A stretch of 35,508 nucleotides of DNA. It comes from Macrostomum lignano. Its lineage: Eukaryota. Shown here in pieces: positions 33,803 to 35,508 of the stretch. The notes below the pieces were generated by a model. That model had not been told where the DNA came from. It saw nothing but the letters and a program-made list of their open reading frames with translations, and ran no database searches. Location of the stretch: contig NIVC01004767.1 of assembly GCA_002269645.1 (NCBI GenBank), positions 1-35,508 of the forward strand, read 5' to 3'. Each line of letters starts with the position of its first letter. Positions within the stretch are counted from its first letter, which is position 1. The translations under genes were made by a program, and so were the position numbers.

Positions 33803-35068
33803 GTGAGACACCTGACGAGGCGTTAATTTGAGCGACTGTCAAAAAAAAACAGATCTAACTGTACAAGGACTTGAACTACTTGTAGTAGCACAATTGCTAG
33901 TTTAATCTATATACATAACCTAAAATAACCTTGCGCGTCACTCGTGAAAATTTTTTAATAACTCTTTTCGAATGACGAATTGCAGACCTAGAGATCGTGA
34001 AATCGACCATTTTCCAACGGTCGTATAAAAAAGCAAAAAACGCTAATTTTGCTACTGAGTAGTAGATATAATGGCATTTTTGTACGAGTGATATTCTAGT
34101 CGATTTTTTAGCTTTTTAGGTTCGTTCTCCAACCGTCATTCAGCTGATAGTGGCGCGAATCAGGCGCTAACGGTTGATTTTCACCTGTCAACTTTGATGA
34201 AACTGCGCGCTTCCGTGTTTATTTATACACACCTGCGGAGAATTAATGATTGCTGGTCCTTACTGTTTATCTATATTGGCTTCAATATTGCTTTCTTACC
34301 TGTAGCTAATAATGCATGTGCACATGTAGCAGGTGCGCTGATAGGTCTATAAGAGTAACGTGCAAACGTAAAAAAATTTAATTAGGTTTTCTAAAACTCT
34401 ATTTTCTTATCTCACCCGCCGTTAATTAGCAGGTACAAGTAATTACTCGCATGCAGGATGTTGCAGGTGTGTACAATTGTCACTAATGTGAGGATTTGAT
34501 CTTGCTATTTGATGTACGTGTACATGCACGAGCGTAGCTGCATTATTTCCTACTTCGATGCTATTGAATTAATCATATATATTAAAAGGCATTAGCTGCG
34601 TATTTTTGCGCGTGCCAAGGTTTCAAACTTTTCAGAGCCTGCATAGCGCTTCTTGTAGTGTTTAAAATAACAATTTTTATCCCAAACTATATGCACTGCA
34701 TATTTATCAGAATTCCCACTTTAGCCAATATGTTATGAAAATAATTACTATCTAATGCTTTAATTATAATAGTGAATTACAACTGTAGTTTCCGGCTCCG
34801 CTTCGCGCAGTTAATTCTGTTAATCTCCTTATTCACTTAATCAAGATTATCAATTTTATCTATCAATAAAATATATATACGATAAATGCTTCAAGCAACT
34901 GGTATCAGTGCCTGTGCTGCTAAAAGCATTCTTACATGTACTGTAACGTCATTTGAGTTATTAAATAATTTTTTAGAATTTACCTGTGCAGGAATTTCAA
35001 TTGAACGGCGTCGAAACTCTAAAGGGGCGTCAATATTTGGTGACTAGGTAGGTATCCCTGTCTCTCTG

Positions 35069-35508
35069 TGGGCGCCCCTAGCTGCCTCTTTGTTGTCGCC
35101 CCTGTTTATTGGTTGGCGCCCTGTTTATTGGTTGGCGCCCCTGTTTATTGGTTGGGGCCCCTGCCTCTTGGTTGTCGCCCCTGTTTATTGGTTGGCGCCC
35201 CTGTTTATTGTTGGCGCCCCTGTTTATTGGTTGGGGCCCTGCCTCTTGGTTGTCGCCCCTGTTTATTGGTTGGCGCCCCTGTTTAATGGTTGGCGCCCCT
35301 GTTTATTGGTTGGCGCCCCTGTCTCTTGGTAGGCGCCCCTGTTTATTGTTGGCGCCCCTTTTTATTAGTTGGCGCCCTGTTTATTGGTTGGCGCCCCTGT
35401 TTATTGGTTGGCGCCCGTCTCTTGTAGGCGCCCCTGTTTATTGGTTGGCCGCCCCGGTCTCTTTGTTGGCGGCCCCTGTTAATTGGTTGGGCGCCCCTGT
35501 CTCTTGGT
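35069..35508. repeat. About 20-bp minisatellite GGCGCCCCTGTTTATTGGTT with variants, runs off the window edge
   Basis: Direct reading. Confidence 0.95.

Overview
Eukaryotic (invertebrate metazoan) genomic DNA with GC-rich exons and AT-rich, minisatellite-filled introns. The GACA/GATA repeats and this layout suggest a flatworm such as Macrostomum, but that is inference only. There are two head-to-head genes. (1) On the minus strand are the first three coding exons of TFIIH subunit p52 (GTF2H4/Tfb2), running off the left edge; the third exon has probable 1-bp consensus errors. (2) On the plus strand is a 22-exon gene (7858-33802). I assembled it by hand from splice sites whose phases match at every junction, giving 9714 nt and 3237 aa. 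The predicted product is a type I membrane protein: signal peptide, pentraxin/LamG-like domains, a Gly-rich linker, neurexin-like LamG/EGF modules including atypical 8-Cys EGF repeats, one TM helix, and a cytoplasmic 7-8 blade WD40 propeller. The LamG/EGF receptor plus intracellular WD40 fusion is the main candidate novelty. The window also holds an inverted pair of tRNA/CORE-type SINEs, a decayed RTE-like LINE fragment, a sharp CpG-depletion boundary and about 11 tandem repeats. No homology searches were run; family calls come from motif recognition.
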